Shown here: in pieces, positions 23,533 through 36,326 of the stretch | How positions within the stretch are numbered: the stretch's first letter is position 1 | Layout of the letters: every line of letters begins with the position of its first letter | Assembly: GCA_010015805.1 (NCBI GenBank) | Contig: ML978129.1 | Coordinates: 1,550,001-1,614,000, forward strand | DNA length: 64,000 nucleotides | Direction: 5' to 3' | From: Rhizodiscina lignyota | Lineage: Eukaryota | Notes under the pieces: generated by a model | The model's input: the letters and a program-made list of their open reading frames with translations, nothing else | Databases searched by the model: none | Told to the model about the DNA's origin: nothing | Position numbers and translations under genes: made by a program

Positions 23533-23770
23533 CTACAACTGGTTAGTTAGATAAAGAAACTCAGGAATCAGAGGTGGCCTGCATAAGTTTGTGAATATAT
23601 GTGAAGTGAAGAATGAATGCATTATGGATCGGTTCACACGAGACCCGATATCGCAAAAGTCAACCACGGCGGCGCTCTAGAAAGAGGTATGCTGTTCGTC
23701 CTAAGCTTCTTCCCTTATTCTCGATCTTAGCTTTACGACTTAGAACTCCTTAGATATTCGTGCATATAGT

Positions 23771-23923
23771 AAGATAGGTTTGAGACGAGATAGGCTTGAG
23801 ACGAGATAGGTTTGAGATGAGATAAGTTTAAGATGAGATAAGTTTAAGATGAGATAGGTTTAAGATGAGCTAAGTTTGAGGTGAGGCAGGTTTAAGATGA
23901 GCTAAGTTTGAGAAAAGCTAAGT
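23771..23923. repeat. 16-bp minisatellite, ~9.5 copies (GAGATARGTTTRAGAY)
   Basis: Units start at 23771, 23787, 23803, 23819, 23835, 23851, 23867, 23883 and 23899, with a partial unit at 23915. Confidence 0.95.
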
Positions 23924-24254
23924 ATCTTAAACGAGATTAGTTCCGAACTCGTTTCAAGCACCACTCTCTATACGCTCCCATTGCTCCGAGATCGCGTAAA
24001 GACATCTGACTTCAAGTCGACTATACAAGCGCTCAATACTTAGTTTGCACGCAAAGTCTGAGCCTTGCTTCAATTGAGTACACTCACTAAGCTCCAAACT
24101 TGCACGTGGAGTTTGAGCTTCCAGCGGAGTAGCCAACCTTCGCTTCTTCATCTAGTGCAGATATCATGGCTGCTGCCATCCACAGTGTGTTCCTGCCTGG
24201 TATCGATGTTTATGGTCCAAGGGTGGGTGTATATCCGGTTCATAGATGTGATAT

Positions 24255-24670
24255 TCATCCGGATGCCATAGCGTGGTCTTGAGCAGTGCTGCCTTTGCCA
24301 TTGTCTGTCCACAATCCAATGGCAGCATCAGCTTCCTTCTGAGAATATGGCTCTTCTTTAAGCTGCTTTAGCCTACGTGATATCTTAGCCTGTGGTCTAC
24401 TCATAGTATCCAAGCTACGCCGAGGACGGGAGCATACCTTCTCTTATGGCCCTTGCCCTTCTTGTGCGCTTCGAAATTCGCTTCACTCTCATACCATTTT
24501 GCACACTCGACGCAGTACCATTCTCCGAGTCCAGGCAGATCCTCCGTCGCTTTAGTATCGGTGTACTGCTTCAAGTGATTCTCAGAGCCGAGATCGGCGT
24601 GAATTTGGTCGATATTGCGGGTGAAGCGCCGCGTCTTCTTCTTCGATTTGGTTCCGCGTATCGCTGGCAT
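24255..24670 (-). CDS. BUD20: C2H2 zinc-finger pre-60S factor Bud20
   Basis: KTRRFTRNIDQIHADL...EDLPGLGEWYCVECAKWYE...HKKGKGHKRR/LKQLKEEPYSQKEADAAIG. Intron 24373-24437. Confidence 0.92.
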
Positions 24671-24836
24671 GGCTGTGAGATGCCACAATTTCGCTCGGAT
24701 GTGACGTTGGCCTTGGACCAGGCTGTGGTGCCGAAAAGAGGCGAGCGCGAAAATTTTGATATGTCTGCAGGCACAGGTCTTGGGTGTCTCCAGACCTCGT
24801 TCGGGTGTGCGGGTGCGTGATCCTCGGCGGCATCGG

Positions 24837-24856
24837 CCAATGGCAGCTCCGTCAAT
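24837..24856 (+). promoter_or_regulatory. CCAAT-binding complex:HapX-type bipartite motif (CSAAT-N12-RWT) upstream of aconitase
   Basis: CCAAT-GGCAGCTCCGTC-AAT about 150 bp upstream of the ACO1 ATG. Aconitase is a known HapX-repressed iron-consuming gene in filamentous fungi. Confidence 0.6.
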
Positions 24857-25001
24857 AAGCTGGCCGCATTTGCTTTTGCGAAGCTTCATCGTCATTCCGC
24901 TTCAACACCGCAGCTATCGCAGCTACTAAATACCTCATCAATCCCACCCTTCGAAGCCCGTGTAGACATCAGAGAGTCTCCCACACTGCATTGCCCTCAA
25001 A

Positions 25002-27744
25002 ATGCTCTCTGCTACACGGCTTTCGGCCGCGAGGGGCCTCTCCGCGAGAGGCCTCGCGAGCTGGCAGCGAGGCATGGCCACCGTCTCTGATGCTCCTCTC
25101 TCCAAGAAGGTCGAGATGACGAATTGGGAGAAGGGCCACTACATCAACTACCAGAAGATGGCCGAGAACCTCTCCATCGTTCGTTCGCGCCTCAACCGCC
25201 CTCTGACCTACGCCGAGAAGATCCTGTACTCCCACCTCGACGACCCGCACGGCCAGGAGATCGAGCGGGGCACTTCCTATCTCAAGCTGCGTCCTGACCG
25301 TGTCGCATGTCAGGATGCCACTGCACAGATGGCAATCTTGCAGTTTATGTCTGCGGGCATGCCCTCAGTCGCCACACCGACGACAGTGCACTGCGATCAC
25401 CTTATCGAAGCTCAAGTGGGCGGGGCAAAGGACCTGGCAAGAGCACAAGAGATCAACAAGGAGGTCTACGACTTTCTGTCTACATCATGCGCGAAATACA
25501 ACATTGGTTTCTGGAAGCCTGGTTCTGGCATCATTCATCAGATCATCCTCGAGAACTATGCGTTCCCAGGTGGTCTGTTGATCGGTACCGACTCTCACAC
25601 GCCAAATGCAGGTGGTCTGGGAATGGCCGCCATTGGCGTTGGTGGTGCAGATGCTGTGGATGTCATGGCCAACTTGCCCTGGGAATTGAAGGCCCCTAAG
25701 ATCATCGGCGTCAGACTCACTGGCAAAATGTCTGGCTGGACGGCACCAAAAGGTAAGGTTCTTCCTTGGCAAAGACCATACACATCCTTGCTCGAATTTC
25801 GAAGTGTGGAAGAGGCCAATTGCATAAGTCTAACGTTCTGTACAGATATCATCCTCAAGGTTGCCGGTATCCTCACCGTTAAGGGCGGCACAGGCGCAAT
25901 TGTCGAGTATCACGGCCCAGGAACTGAGGCACTCTCCTGCACAGGCATGGGTACGATTTGCAATATGGTAGGCCCTTTCTGTTGCACCTGCACATATACT
26001 TGAGTTTTCCCAAGTTGGCGTAAGCCACACAAGCGGATCCCACGTTTATGCGGATCAACGCTTAGTGCTCCAGGCCAGAAGTTATTCTCTGGTGCAAGTA
26101 TAAATCTAACAAGATGCTAATGTGCTATATCTAATCTTAGGGCGCTGAAATCGGTGCAACAACATCTCTCTTCCCCTTCAACGACCGCATGTACGACTAC
26201 CTTGCAGCTACCAAGCGCACGGCAATTGGCGACTTTGCGCGTGAATACGCTGCCGAGCTTCACGAGGACAAGGGTGCCGAATACGACCAGCTCATCGAGA
26301 TTAACCTCTCCGAGCTTGAGCCTCATATCAACGGACCATTCACACCCGATCTTGCCACTCCGATCAGCAAGTTCAAGGAGGCTGTCAAGGAGAATAAGTG
26401 GCCAGAGGACCTTAAGGTCGGCCTGATTGGATCCTGCACCAACTCCTCGTATGAGGACATGTCGCGTGCTGCTTCCATCGCAGAGGATGCCATGGCCCAT
26501 GGTGTCAAGGCCAAGTCTATGTTCACCGTCACACCCGGTTCGGAGCAGATCCGTGCCACTATTGCTCGCGATGGTCAGCTCAAGACTTTCGAGGAATTCG
26601 GCGGCATGGTTTTGGCCAATGCCTGTGGTCCTTGCATCGGTGCGTAAATTTGATTTTCTTCATACCTTCAATGCACTAACGACTCTTCTACGGCAGGGCA
26701 ATGGAATAGGACAGACGTCAAGAAGGGCGAGGCAAACAGCATCATTAGCTCTTACAACCGCAACTTCACCGGCCGCAACGACGCCAACCCTGCCACCCAC
26801 GCCTTCGTCACCTCTCCAGATCTTGTCGTCGCATTGACCATCGCTGGTACGCTCAACTTCAACCCCTTGACCGACAAGCTCAAGGACAAGGATGGCAACG
26901 AATTCTTGCTCAAGGAGCCATCTGGAGAAGGTCTGCCCAAGAACGGCTTTGACCCAGGCCAGGACACCTATCAAGCACCGCCTGAGGATCGCCACGCCGT
27001 CTCCGTCGCTGTCTCCCCAACCTCTGACCGTCTGCAAATTCTTGAGCCGTTCGACGCTTGGAATGGGAAGGATGCGCTGGACATGCCAATCTTGATCAAA
27101 GCACAGGGCAAGACGACTACTGATCACATCTCCATGGCCGGACCCTGGCTCAAGTATCGTGGCCATCTCGACAATATCTCCAACAACATGCTGATCGGCG
27201 CGATCAACAGCGCCAACGGCGAGGCCAACAAGGTGCACAACTTTACGACAGACGGGTGGGATGCCGTACCGGCGACCGCCAGAGATTACAAGAAGAAGGG
27301 CATCAAGTGGGTTGTCATTGGTGACTGGAACTATGGTGAGGGTAGCTCGCGTGAGCACGCAGCTTTGGAGCCAAGGCATTTGGGTGGTTTGGCCATCATT
27401 ACCAGGAGTTTTGCGCGTATCGTATGTTTCCTACTCCCTCCTAACGTATCTATCAAGTACCACTAACCCTCAAACAGCACGAGACCAACCTCAAGAAGCA
27501 AGGCATGCTCCCACTTACGTTCGCTAACCCAGAGGACTACGACAAGATCCAACCTGACGACAAGGTCGACCTGCTGTGCACGCAGCTCGCTGTCGGCAAG
27601 CCCCTACCCATGGTCGTGCACCCCGCTGACGGCAGCAAGCCGTACGAGGTCGAGCTGCAGCACACCTTTAATGAAGGCCAGCTGGAGTGGTTCAAGAACG
27701 GTTCGGCGCTGAACACGATGGCGAAGAAGCATGCCAAGAAATAA
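25002..27744 (+). CDS. ACO1: Mitochondrial aconitate hydratase
   Basis: Presequence followed by [55 protein letters not shown] and [10 protein letters not shown]. Four introns at about 25753-25845, 25968-26140, 26640-26696 and 27422-27477. Confidence 0.97.
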
Positions 27745-28405
27745 ATAATAGCAACAGAACTGATTCATTGAGCGTAGCAGGCTGCAAGCTTGGGGAGGCA
27801 AAGATATCACATGGAGCTGTAAATTCAAACGTGGAATGGGGAAAGGAAGACTATTACGAGGATGAAGGAACGGAAGACGTGTCAACTGTAACTATGCAAG
27901 GTTTCCCTTTCCATTTCTCTATATGCCCTGTGCTACTTAGAGCAATAGCTGCGTCTATAGTTCAACTGAGTTTCTTTGGCGTTCTCACACACTTCCACAT
28001 CATCTAACAGAATCCTTTCTGTGTAATGCAAAGGCTCTTACTTCTGGTAATCTGTCGAAGGAGGTCTAATGGAGCGAGCCAAACGGTCTTGGCATCCCTA
28101 CATCAACCCGGGAGTCGGCGGTAACTCGGAGTCTATTGTATCCCAACATACGGAAGATTGATCCTTATATGTCTTTTCGGTTGGACATAGAGACCATTGG
28201 TGACACTTCGGGCGAAGCGCGGCGATTTGTCCATCCCTTTCCAAGCCTCCCATCCGTCCCTCCTCTTTGCCCTCCCCTTCTACGAGAACCCACAGTCCGT
28301 CCAAGAGGGTCTCAACCCAGGAACCAGTCGCGTGTGCAGACGGATGCTCAAGCGTAAGATGCCATTGATTAATCCAAACATGATGTCCACCAAATTCTGT
28401 CTCCG

Positions 28406-29340
28406 TCAAGGTCCAAGCCGCTGCCCTTGTCCCCAAGTACCCATCGCAACGCCGTTCTCCGCCCTGTTCTCTCTACTATTGCTGCTCATACTCGGCAGTA
28501 CACCATACCGTCCATACGTCTTCTGATCCACGCTCACATAATGCGGTACCCGTCCGAGCAAATTAAGCTTCCCTTCGATCCATCTTATAATACGCTCCGG
28601 CGGCGCCAAAAACTTGATATAATTCAATCCCCATAGATAGCCTATAGCTGCGCCGCAAAGATGCCCTAAAAGTGATGTTGATGGCATGAGAAACGTGATG
28701 GTGAGCATAAGGATTAGCGGTGTCGTCCAGGTAGGGATCGGGTAGGGCCCGAGGGAGAAAGAAGGATTCGAGCGCCACAGCTTGATCGCTTCGGCGCAGA
28801 GGAGGAGGAAGACCCAAACGCTGGAGCCGAGGACAGCGGTGTCGCTACGGAGAATGAATCTCTCAATCAGGGTGTACATGCCACCGGGGAAGGTAGAGAA
28901 GGCTGGACCATTTTATTAGCACGGGACGGTAGTATGATAATGGGGAGGTAAGGGGCACATACGCCCTGAGAAGAGTATGAAGGATACCAAGGTGCCATTC
29001 TCAGCTTCGAAGCGCTCTAGGAGAGGAACGATGGCGAGAATATTGAATAGGGCGTGGAAGAAGCCGCGGTGGAAGAGCGGAAAGGTGTTTAGTCTGTACA
29101 CTGCATTTCGAACCCAGGTTAGCTTGTTCTTTTAAGTTTTGTATATACGAAGCACCTACGCGTCTGAAGGTTAGTCAAACTCGGCTTCAGTGCGGCCCAG
29201 TTGTTCACGTCAGGGTAGAAGATGCTTCCAATGTAGCACGCGACTATGATGAGAAGCATTATGCGCGTGAAAAGAGGCAGACGATACAGATAGGACCGTA
29301 TTCGAGGCGGACTGAACTGCGTGGGGAGATACTGCGCCAT
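28406..29340 (-). CDS. RBD2: Rhomboid-family protease (Rbd2-like)
   Basis: RLPLFTR, YRLNTFPLFH.GFFHALFN, catalytic GSS (VLGSSVWVF) and LLGHLCG. Three exons. Confidence 0.85.
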
Positions 29341-29632
29341 ATTCTTGTCTATTGAGGTCGCAGTGGTGGTGGTGCAGCGCGTTGTGGTAGGACAGGACAA
29401 GTCGTCGGAGGTGAGAAGTGACCGTCCGCCTTCCCCAGATTTTCGTGATGACACTTTCTCGCGCTAAGCACTACCTCGACCTTTATGTCGCGTCTTAACA
29501 AATCTTTACTTTCGTCCTTTGCACTTTTGATTAGGGTGCTGTAGATTCTGGGCTCGCTGTGGCCGCAACAGTGAAGAAATCTATTTACAAAAGCTCCCAG
29601 TATGCGGTAGCAATTGACCTCGACGCTGAAGG

Positions 29633-31711
29633 ATGCCATCTCTCGGTATGCAAGCATCATGTTTCTCCTTCGAGAGCTCCTTGCTGAAATTCGCATAGCT
29701 ACTGCCATCCTCGGCCTTCGCCATGACCCTCGCCTGCTCAAACTCCCGCCGTACCTTTCTGCTCTGTGCATTCTCGTTGGCACTGTCTGGCTACTCCTGT
29801 TACCACTGAACGAGTACTCTCGACAGACATACGTGTCTGAAAACGCGCTTCTACCAGGCCAAGTGCACACGTACTTTGGAGGAAGCGAGCATAATATCTT
29901 TCGGGCGTATAGACATGAGGTGCACGCGTTAGAGCACAAGTCGGCGGAGGAGTATGTGTAGCTCCTGCCATGAATTGCTGGCAGAAGATTGTGCTAATGG
30001 GTTGAGTGTAGGCGCACTGAGAAGTTTGTGGAGCTGTTAAAGGACTGCGGTCTGAAAGTCGGAAGACAGAAATATGAGTATTCTTCTGCGGGCAACACGG
30101 TTTCTGGAGAGAATGTGTACGCCGTACTCCAGGGACCTCGCGCAGATGCGACTGAGGCAATTGTCCTGATAGGAGCATGGAGAAATATGGACAATGTCAT
30201 CAACTATAGCGGTGTGGCATTGGTTCTCACTCTTGCTCGTTACTTCAAAAGTCAGATATTCTGTCAAGGAGATGCTGAACAGTGCTTATATATTGTATAG
30301 GATGGTCACTATGGTCGAAGGATATCATCTTCCTTCTACCATTCGACAGTGCATCCGGGTCCCAAGCCTGGGTCGATGCATATCATGATGCTCACGATCC
30401 TCTCCACGTGCAGCCTCTGTCAATCAAATCGGGCGCTCTTCAGGGTGCCATCGCGGTGGATTATCCCGCAGGGCCATGGGGCCATCGATTCGAAAAACTA
30501 CATATCGTATACGATGGTGTGAATGGCCAACTACCTAATCTCGACCTCTTCAATACGGCTGTCAACATTGCTTCTGGCCAGATGGGAATCGGTACCACCC
30601 TGCAGCGCATGTGGCACCACTCAGACAGCTACCGCGACCGTCTCATGACGATGCTACGCGGAATGCTTTCTCAAGGGCTCGGGCACGTGTCTGGTCCGCA
30701 CAGTGCGTTCATCCCGTACCATGTCGATGCTATCACGGTACAGACTGTCGGTGACGGCTGGCACGACGAGATGAGCCTTGGTCGAACGGTGGAGAGCTTG
30801 TGCAGGAGCTTGAATAACTTGCTTGAGCACCTGCATCAGAGCTTCTTCTTCTACCTCCTCATGCAGGCAAACCGTTTCGTCAGCATAGGGACGTATCTCC
30901 CTAGTGCAATGATCATTGCTGCAAACTTCACCATTACGAGCATTGTTCTTTGGGTACAGAGTGGGAGGCCTGCTGCACCGTCGAAAGTGGCTTCGACCTC
31001 AAACTCAGAGAAAGAGAAAGCAAAAGAGCCTGACTTGACGATTGTCAAGGAAGGTCGGAATGTTGCACTCGTGCCAGCTGCAGCTTTCGAAGTCATAGAG
31101 CGCCATCTTTTCCTCCCAGTCGGCTTCATCGCAACGGTCCACTTCCTCGGCCTCCTGCCACTCTACGTCTTTAACACCGCACCACAAGCAGTAAGTCTAT
31201 GATATTTGAATCCTTATTCTCAGATATACTCACCTTTTCCTCATAGACGCTCAAAGCCTCCTTCACAATATTCACCATCTTGACCCTCGTCCTGCCTCAC
31301 GCCTTCTCCCAAGCGCTGGCTCGCATACCTCCGCAACCACCAACTCCCCAACAAATCACTCTCATCCAATCCTTCTCGCTCCTACTCCTCGGCCTATTCC
31401 TCTCCGCGCTCGCAACTTTAAACTTCTCACTCAGCCTCATGATCGGCCTACTATCTACACCATTCTCCTTCGTCCGGCCGTCCAAGTCACCCATTCTAGT
31501 CGGCTTGATGAATCTGCTATTAGCAGCGATGGCACCGCCTGTAGTCATGGGCGGCATCGCATGGTGGTTTGGCAAGGACGTCGGAGAGCTGCTGGCCCAG
31601 GCAAGCTTTGGGTGGCATGTTTGGGGCATGTGGACGCAGGTAGTGATTTGGCTGGTCTGGTGGCCGGCGTGGGTTACGGCGAGTGTGGTTGCCATTGGGG
31701 CTTTGTATTAG
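29633..31711 (+). CDS. GAA1: GPI transamidase component Gaa1
   Basis: TYVSENALLPGQ, GENVYAVLQGPRADATEA, WSLWSKDIIFL, GVNGQLPNLDLFN, RSLNNLLEHLHQSFFFY and a multi-TM C-terminus. Five exons. Confidence 0.93.
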
Positions 31712-31980
31712 ACTAGATGGCTTATACCCAGATCGATATCTTAGGAGATAGGAAATGATTCGATCGTCCGACTTGAAAATCACGGTGTACATTCGTGTTT
31801 CAGTTTTGATCATTGGTGATTATATCGAAAATATCGCTTGATAATCTACCTCGTCTAGAGCGAGTAGCGCCAGGCGCCGCCCAATGCATGCTTCTGTGAA
31901 CAATACAAGCTTTGATGGCTTTTGCTAATGAGCCAACGTCCATTTGGCAATTATCTTTCACAACGTCATCTTCTATTGCT

Positions 31981-33184
31981 TCAGGCTGCCCAGACATCCT
32001 TGCCCACTCCCTCAATCCAGTTGCCCAAGCTATTCACACTAGCATCCCACTCCTTCAGCCTTACCCTCATCCCCTCGATCTGCCCCTTATCAAGCACCTT
32101 TGGCTGCACCCAATTGATCCGCGCCACCTCCGCTACCTGATCAATCGTTCCTCTTAGAAGCCCCAGGCTCAGCGCCTTCATGATCAGGTGCTCAATCTCA
32201 TCCTTCGGTACCTTCGTCTCCTCGCCTATCGCCTTGAAGGTCATCGTGCGGCTCTGCGGTGGCCGGCGGAATACGGTCTCGGTGAGCGCGGAGAGCGAGA
32301 TTTTCATGTAAAGGAACTTCTTATGCTCTGCAAGCAGCGAGTTTTTCTCCATGTTCGCAGCTAGGATGTCGTACGCGCCGAGGTCGCCGCGGTTAAAGGC
32401 GAAGAGGAGCTCGCGTAGCCAGGCGTGGGGCGTATAGGTTAGGGAATCAAGGATCGGGTGGAGCAGCAGCTCGCCGAAGTTGTAGATCGTCTCAGAGACC
32501 AACGCGGCGATAGACAAGTCGTGTGCGCGCGAGACGCGGTCTTCTGCGGGGAGGGTAGCGAGGTCGATGCAGGCGAGGTAGAGGAGGGCGTTGCGGTAGT
32601 AGGCGGCGAAGTCTTGCTTCTGCTTGTAGTAGTCTGCATTGACGCGGTAGAAGGACGCATGCACGACAGTCTCGACGGAGTCAAAAGAGTCGAGGATGCG
32701 CTCGCACTCATCGAGCTTCTTTCGCGAATCGTCGAGCGCGCCGAGCTGGAGTTGTATGTTGGCTACGGCAACGGTGGCGTAGACGTAAGCGTCTTGTGAG
32801 GCAGGTTTGTTGACCTTGTCGGCGAGCGCAGTACAGAATTCTAGGCGCTCCTTGTCACCTGCAGATTCCGTTAGTTGCTTTGCCACATCATCAAAGTGAT
32901 AAACACATACTTTGACACTGTGATGCTGCACTCAGTCCCAACGTGACCAGCTTGAGCTGATTTATCTTGTCCGCGAAGCTCTTGATGAAGGTGTCATAGA
33001 GCGGTATTCGCTGTGGTGCGCTCTGAGGTTGATTAAAATACTCGATCAGAGCTCCAGTCAGCTCGTGCCACAGCTTTCGTTCCCAATAGTCTTCGAACTG
33101 GAGGAAGTAGTGCTGGAGTTCATCAGGCGCGGCGTCTCGCTGGTCTGCGAGAAGGTTTGGGATGGTGTCGACGTCCATAGACAT
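31981..33184 (-). CDS. RPN9: 26S proteasome lid subunit Rpn9 (PCI domain)
   Basis: WERKLWHELT, IYNFGELLLHPIL and EIEHLIMKALSLGLLRGTIDQV...WVQPKVL. One intron at about 32860-32911. Confidence 0.93.
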
Positions 33185-34070
33185 CGTGACTAGCTTTTGG
33201 CGACGTAGAGGGAATAGGTTGGAGGTAGAGCGTGTGAGTTTAAGAGGCAGGAAGTGGGCGGAGTGGTACAGTACAAAAGTGTGGTGCTTGTGAAGCTCGT
33301 TGGTGATCAACTTTCGAGAAAGCACCACCGCGGCGGTCGTGGCTTGGCATCAACCTCTCGATCGTCAGCTCGTCCACAGCATAAGTTCGGCGACCGGACA
33401 CCACGTTGCAGTAACATCGAGCTTTACTCTTCAACGCAGGCGGGCATATCTCTGAGAGCTTGATTTCTACCCTGGCCGAAACATTCAAGAGTTCCTCTAC
33501 TTGTCTTGCACGTTAAGGCTGTAGTGGCATGTTATAAGAAATTGGTGGACACCTTAGAATTCCAAAGATGCCGTTATTTCACCACAACGCGTAAATAAAA
33601 TCCTTGGAAATTCCATTAGAAATTCGGAATCGTCGTGAAATTACTTAAAAGTTAATTTAAATCCAATTTTCGCGATGTATGTTGCACGAATTTCTGAAAA
33701 TTCGTGATCGTGCCAAGTACTAAAGTGTCCACCTATTTCGTGTACGGAGGGATATCAGGAGAAGCTAAACACAGTGGAGCTGCTTACCAACTAACGAGCG
33801 AATTGGACAATAGATCCTTCAGCTCGACCAGAGCTGTCTCCATCTTCTCTAGTCGGGCATCTGCCTTCTGGCCGTTCGGCAATAAGCCTCAGCAAGTACA
33901 CTATACTGCATTCGGAATTTATCTTGGCGCTCCGCATCCCGACCTCAAGCTCACAGTGGGGAGCTTTCAATACTCCGGAAACCTCACGAACAACCTCAAT
34001 TGCGCTCCGGAATCTCACACCACGTCGAGCTCGCTCTGGGGAGCTGTTGTTCTCTCCATCGCTCGGCAAT

Positions 34071-35536
34071 ATGCGGCAATTGAGCGGTGACATGCTACTC
34101 CTGGCGAGACAATGCTCTCGCTCACGAGTATGCATTCCTAAAGTATCAAGACCTATTCAACGCCGCCAGATTACCCAAGATGTCCAAATAACCCGCACTG
34201 GTCGCCCGATAATAAGTGTCCGAGGTGGAAGGTCATCGCTGGGAGGTATGGAGCGGAAATGACAGTGTCAATTGCTGTTGGCTAAGTAGTACCAGGACAC
34301 ACTTGCACGGTCTTTGGCGCCACCGGTTTCCTCGGTCGATATATCGTCAATCGGCTAGGTAAAATAATACTCTGTAGAGACAAAGGAACAAAGCTTACGG
34401 ATTTGCAGCGCGAGCGGGCAATACGGTCGTTGTGCCATACAGAGAGGAAATGACGAAGCGCCATCTCAAAGTCGCTGGCGATCTGGGTCGGGTTGTATTC
34501 TTGGTATGTACACAGGCAACGTGTTCATCGAATGAGTTATTGACGATATGCAGGAGATGGATCTACGAAACACCCCATCGATAGAGGAGAGCGTCCGGCA
34601 CTCAGACATAGTATACAACCTGATCGGACGAGACTACTACACAAAGTATATACTACATCTTACAGTGTTCCAACGTATTTACTAACATCCCAAGGAACTT
34701 TACCCTAGAAGATGTCCATGTCGAGGGTGCTGCCCGTATCGCCGAAGCCTGTGCGAAGTATGACGTAGATCGATTCGTCCATGTGTCCACCTACAATGCC
34801 GACAAGAACAATAATACCTGCGAATTCTTCCGAACAAAGGTGGGAGTGCTCTGGTAGAGTTCTCTTCAACAGATCACTAATTAGTTACAGGGACTTGGGG
34901 AGCAAGTTGTCAGAAGCATATATCCGGAAACGACAATCGTCCGACCTGCGCCTGCATACGGAGCAGAAGATCGCCTTCTGAATAGACTTGCAACCGTCAC
35001 CAATCTCCTCACGACGAATTGGATGCAAGAACGGTTCTGGCCAGTACACGTGAGTTATAGTATTCGGCTTTCCCATAACACATTCTGACAAGAGAATTCA
35101 GGCCATCGACGTCGGCCGAGCTCTGGAGGTCATGCTCACAGACGACACAACTGCCGGTCAGACATACGAACTTTACGGCCCTACAAACTATTCCATGGCC
35201 GAGATTGCGGAGCTCGTTGATCAAGAGATCTTCAAGAACCGTCGACACATCAATCTGCCAAAGCGTCTCTACCAACCTCTTGCTAAGGTCCTTAGCACAG
35301 TGCTTTGGTGGCCGACAGTCACACCTGATGAAATCGAGAGGGAGTTCCACGACCAAGTCATTGATCCGAACGCAAAGACATTTGCGGATCTTGGCATTGA
35401 GCCAACAGAACTGAAGAACGTGTCTTTCGAGTATCTGGTCGGATATCGGCCGAGCAGGTATTACGATCTACCCCCAATGTCGGAGAAGGAGAGGAGAGAG
35501 GAGAAGAAGTACTTGCATGTCATCGATGATCAGTAG
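34071..35536 (+). CDS. NDUFA9: NADH:ubiquinone oxidoreductase 40-kDa (NDUFA9) subunit
   Basis: GGRSSLGG/HTCTVFGATGFLGRYIVNRL, KRHLKVAGDLGRV, SVRHSDIVYNLIGRD and KKYLHVIDDQ. Seven exons. The start could instead be 34092. Confidence 0.92.
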
Positions 35537-36326
35537 TCGGAAGGCCTTGATAAGCATCAATTTCGTTTGTCGGCAATGTACATAAGACACCAAGTAGAAG
35601 CCTTGGGCCAAAGGCTCTGGAAATAAATCGTTGCATTGTTACAGGTGCTACTAACCTTGAGGTTCAAGTTTCAACTTTGACTGTATCTCTATATGAGAGT
35701 TATTAGCAAGACAAACTGTGACCCTGGCCGGAAATGTTCGTTCTGAACTTACATATCCAGGGCGGCTGAGACCTTTTGCCATAATTCTGGAAGGGACGAT
35801 CAGAGCGAGCCGAAGTCGAGTTCTCGGCGCATACATATTGCTTACTCCCATTTCCCCCGGCTCTGGTCACGCCTCCGAGGGATTCGGGCAACTCCAACCA
35901 AAATGACTACAAACACGTGCCTGAATCATGTATCGACCATCGGGCATCGGGAAAGTTATCAGCCTCGCTCGCTTGGCTTTCGCAATGCAACGTCACAACG
36001 TCTGTCAAGCCACCGACTTAGTACTCCATCAGTCGCAGGAACTGGCAAGCTGGCGAGCAGCATGTTCAGCTCTGTACAACTCTTTGCCGATCAACGGCTT
36101 CCCTGCCAATGGGTCAGATACGGGAGGAACATGACCGCAGCTGTTTCAAAATAGAAACCGCATCACGGAGTACAGGTCTGCGATCGGCCCGCTCTCAGGA
36201 AGCCTCGACTGCCTCAAGAGAGTATAAATGTTGAGGGGCCACAATATAAATTCAAGAGCTAAGTCGTACGACACTGTCTTTCCTTTTGTCTGAATCGTCT
36301 CAATTGCAAATTTGAGTTTCGTCAAA

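Noticed and set aside
23771..23923. CRISPR-like array
   Set aside because: Head-to-tail repeats without spacers, in a eukaryotic context with no cas genes.
25968..26140. TPP riboswitch in the aconitase intron
   Set aside because: The conserved aptamer elements (CTGAGA, CTTGAT, ATACCAGCG-type segments) are absent.
28098..28436. 112-aa minus-strand ORF downstream of the rhomboid gene
   Set aside because: It overlaps the rhomboid end out of frame, has no motifs, and is probably 3' UTR.
33590..33705. Repeated GAAATTC words in the RPN9/NDUFA9 spacer as a heat-shock element or PACE
   Set aside because: The spacing does not give three alternating nGAAn units, and no GGTGGCAAA-type site is present.
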